A program made the position numbers and the translations under genes. From positions 61,690,001 to 61,754,000 of the forward strand of contig NC_043002.1 in assembly GCF_006345805.1 (NCBI RefSeq): a stretch of 64,000 nucleotides of DNA, in the 5' to 3' direction. Source of the DNA: Octopus sinensis (Eukaryota). Below the pieces are notes generated by a model that did not search any database, was not told the origin of the DNA, and saw only the letters and a program-made list of their open reading frames with translations. Shown piece after piece: positions 63,668-64,000 of the stretch (position 1 is its first letter; the number at the start of each line of letters is the position of its first letter).

Positions 63668-64000
63668 TCTTGCTTCGTGGATAAATTTGTTGTTGACAGT
63701 TGGTCATGTTTTTGCTACTATATTTGTGTTGCAATTTCATCTAAAATAGTTTCTCCACAGATTATTGCAAAGAAGATTAACTAAAAATATATTTGTAGAA
63801 AAAAAAATTTCCAGCCACCACTTATTACTAATTGTGAGTTTGGCAGCGTACATCGAATCTCCGTATGTCTTCGGTCGTGAGATGGATATAAACATCCAAC
63901 TATATATATATATATTTCTCTCAGCTTAATTATATTACAAGTACGACAGTATGGCTACAACCAAATATTTGAGAAAATGACTATAATAGACAACAATTTT

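Overview
AT-rich, repeat-dense eukaryotic DNA. The SINE families and microsatellite load suggest a coleoid cephalopod, probably Octopus (inference). There is a 100-N scaffold gap at 23374-23473. The only clear host genes are two tandem paralogous class-A-like 7TM GPCRs with intronless CDSs (34921-35796 and 38876-39754, +, about 80% aa identity by manual alignment). Each is preceded by the same splice acceptor 22 nt upstream of the ATG, and both sit in a roughly 4-kb tandem duplication with patchy, conversion-like identity. The rest is mobile-element debris: several tRNA-headed SINE families with shuffled modules, an L2/CR1-group LINE sharing its 3' stem-loop with the commonest SINE, a Penelope-like element (RT + GIY-YIG), at least nine R4/Dong-type RLE retrotransposon fragments (most of them in or next to (TAA)n arrays), a mariner derivative made of two 5' ends, a complete non-autonomous Helitron, and MITE/foldback elements. 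Least expected: two families of minimal hammerhead-ribozyme motifs, one of them in a tRNA-head + (TAA)n + hammerhead SINE-like element present as a head-to-head palindrome. Most entries in the supplied ORF track are microsatellite artefacts. All family assignments come from motif recognition; no database search was run.
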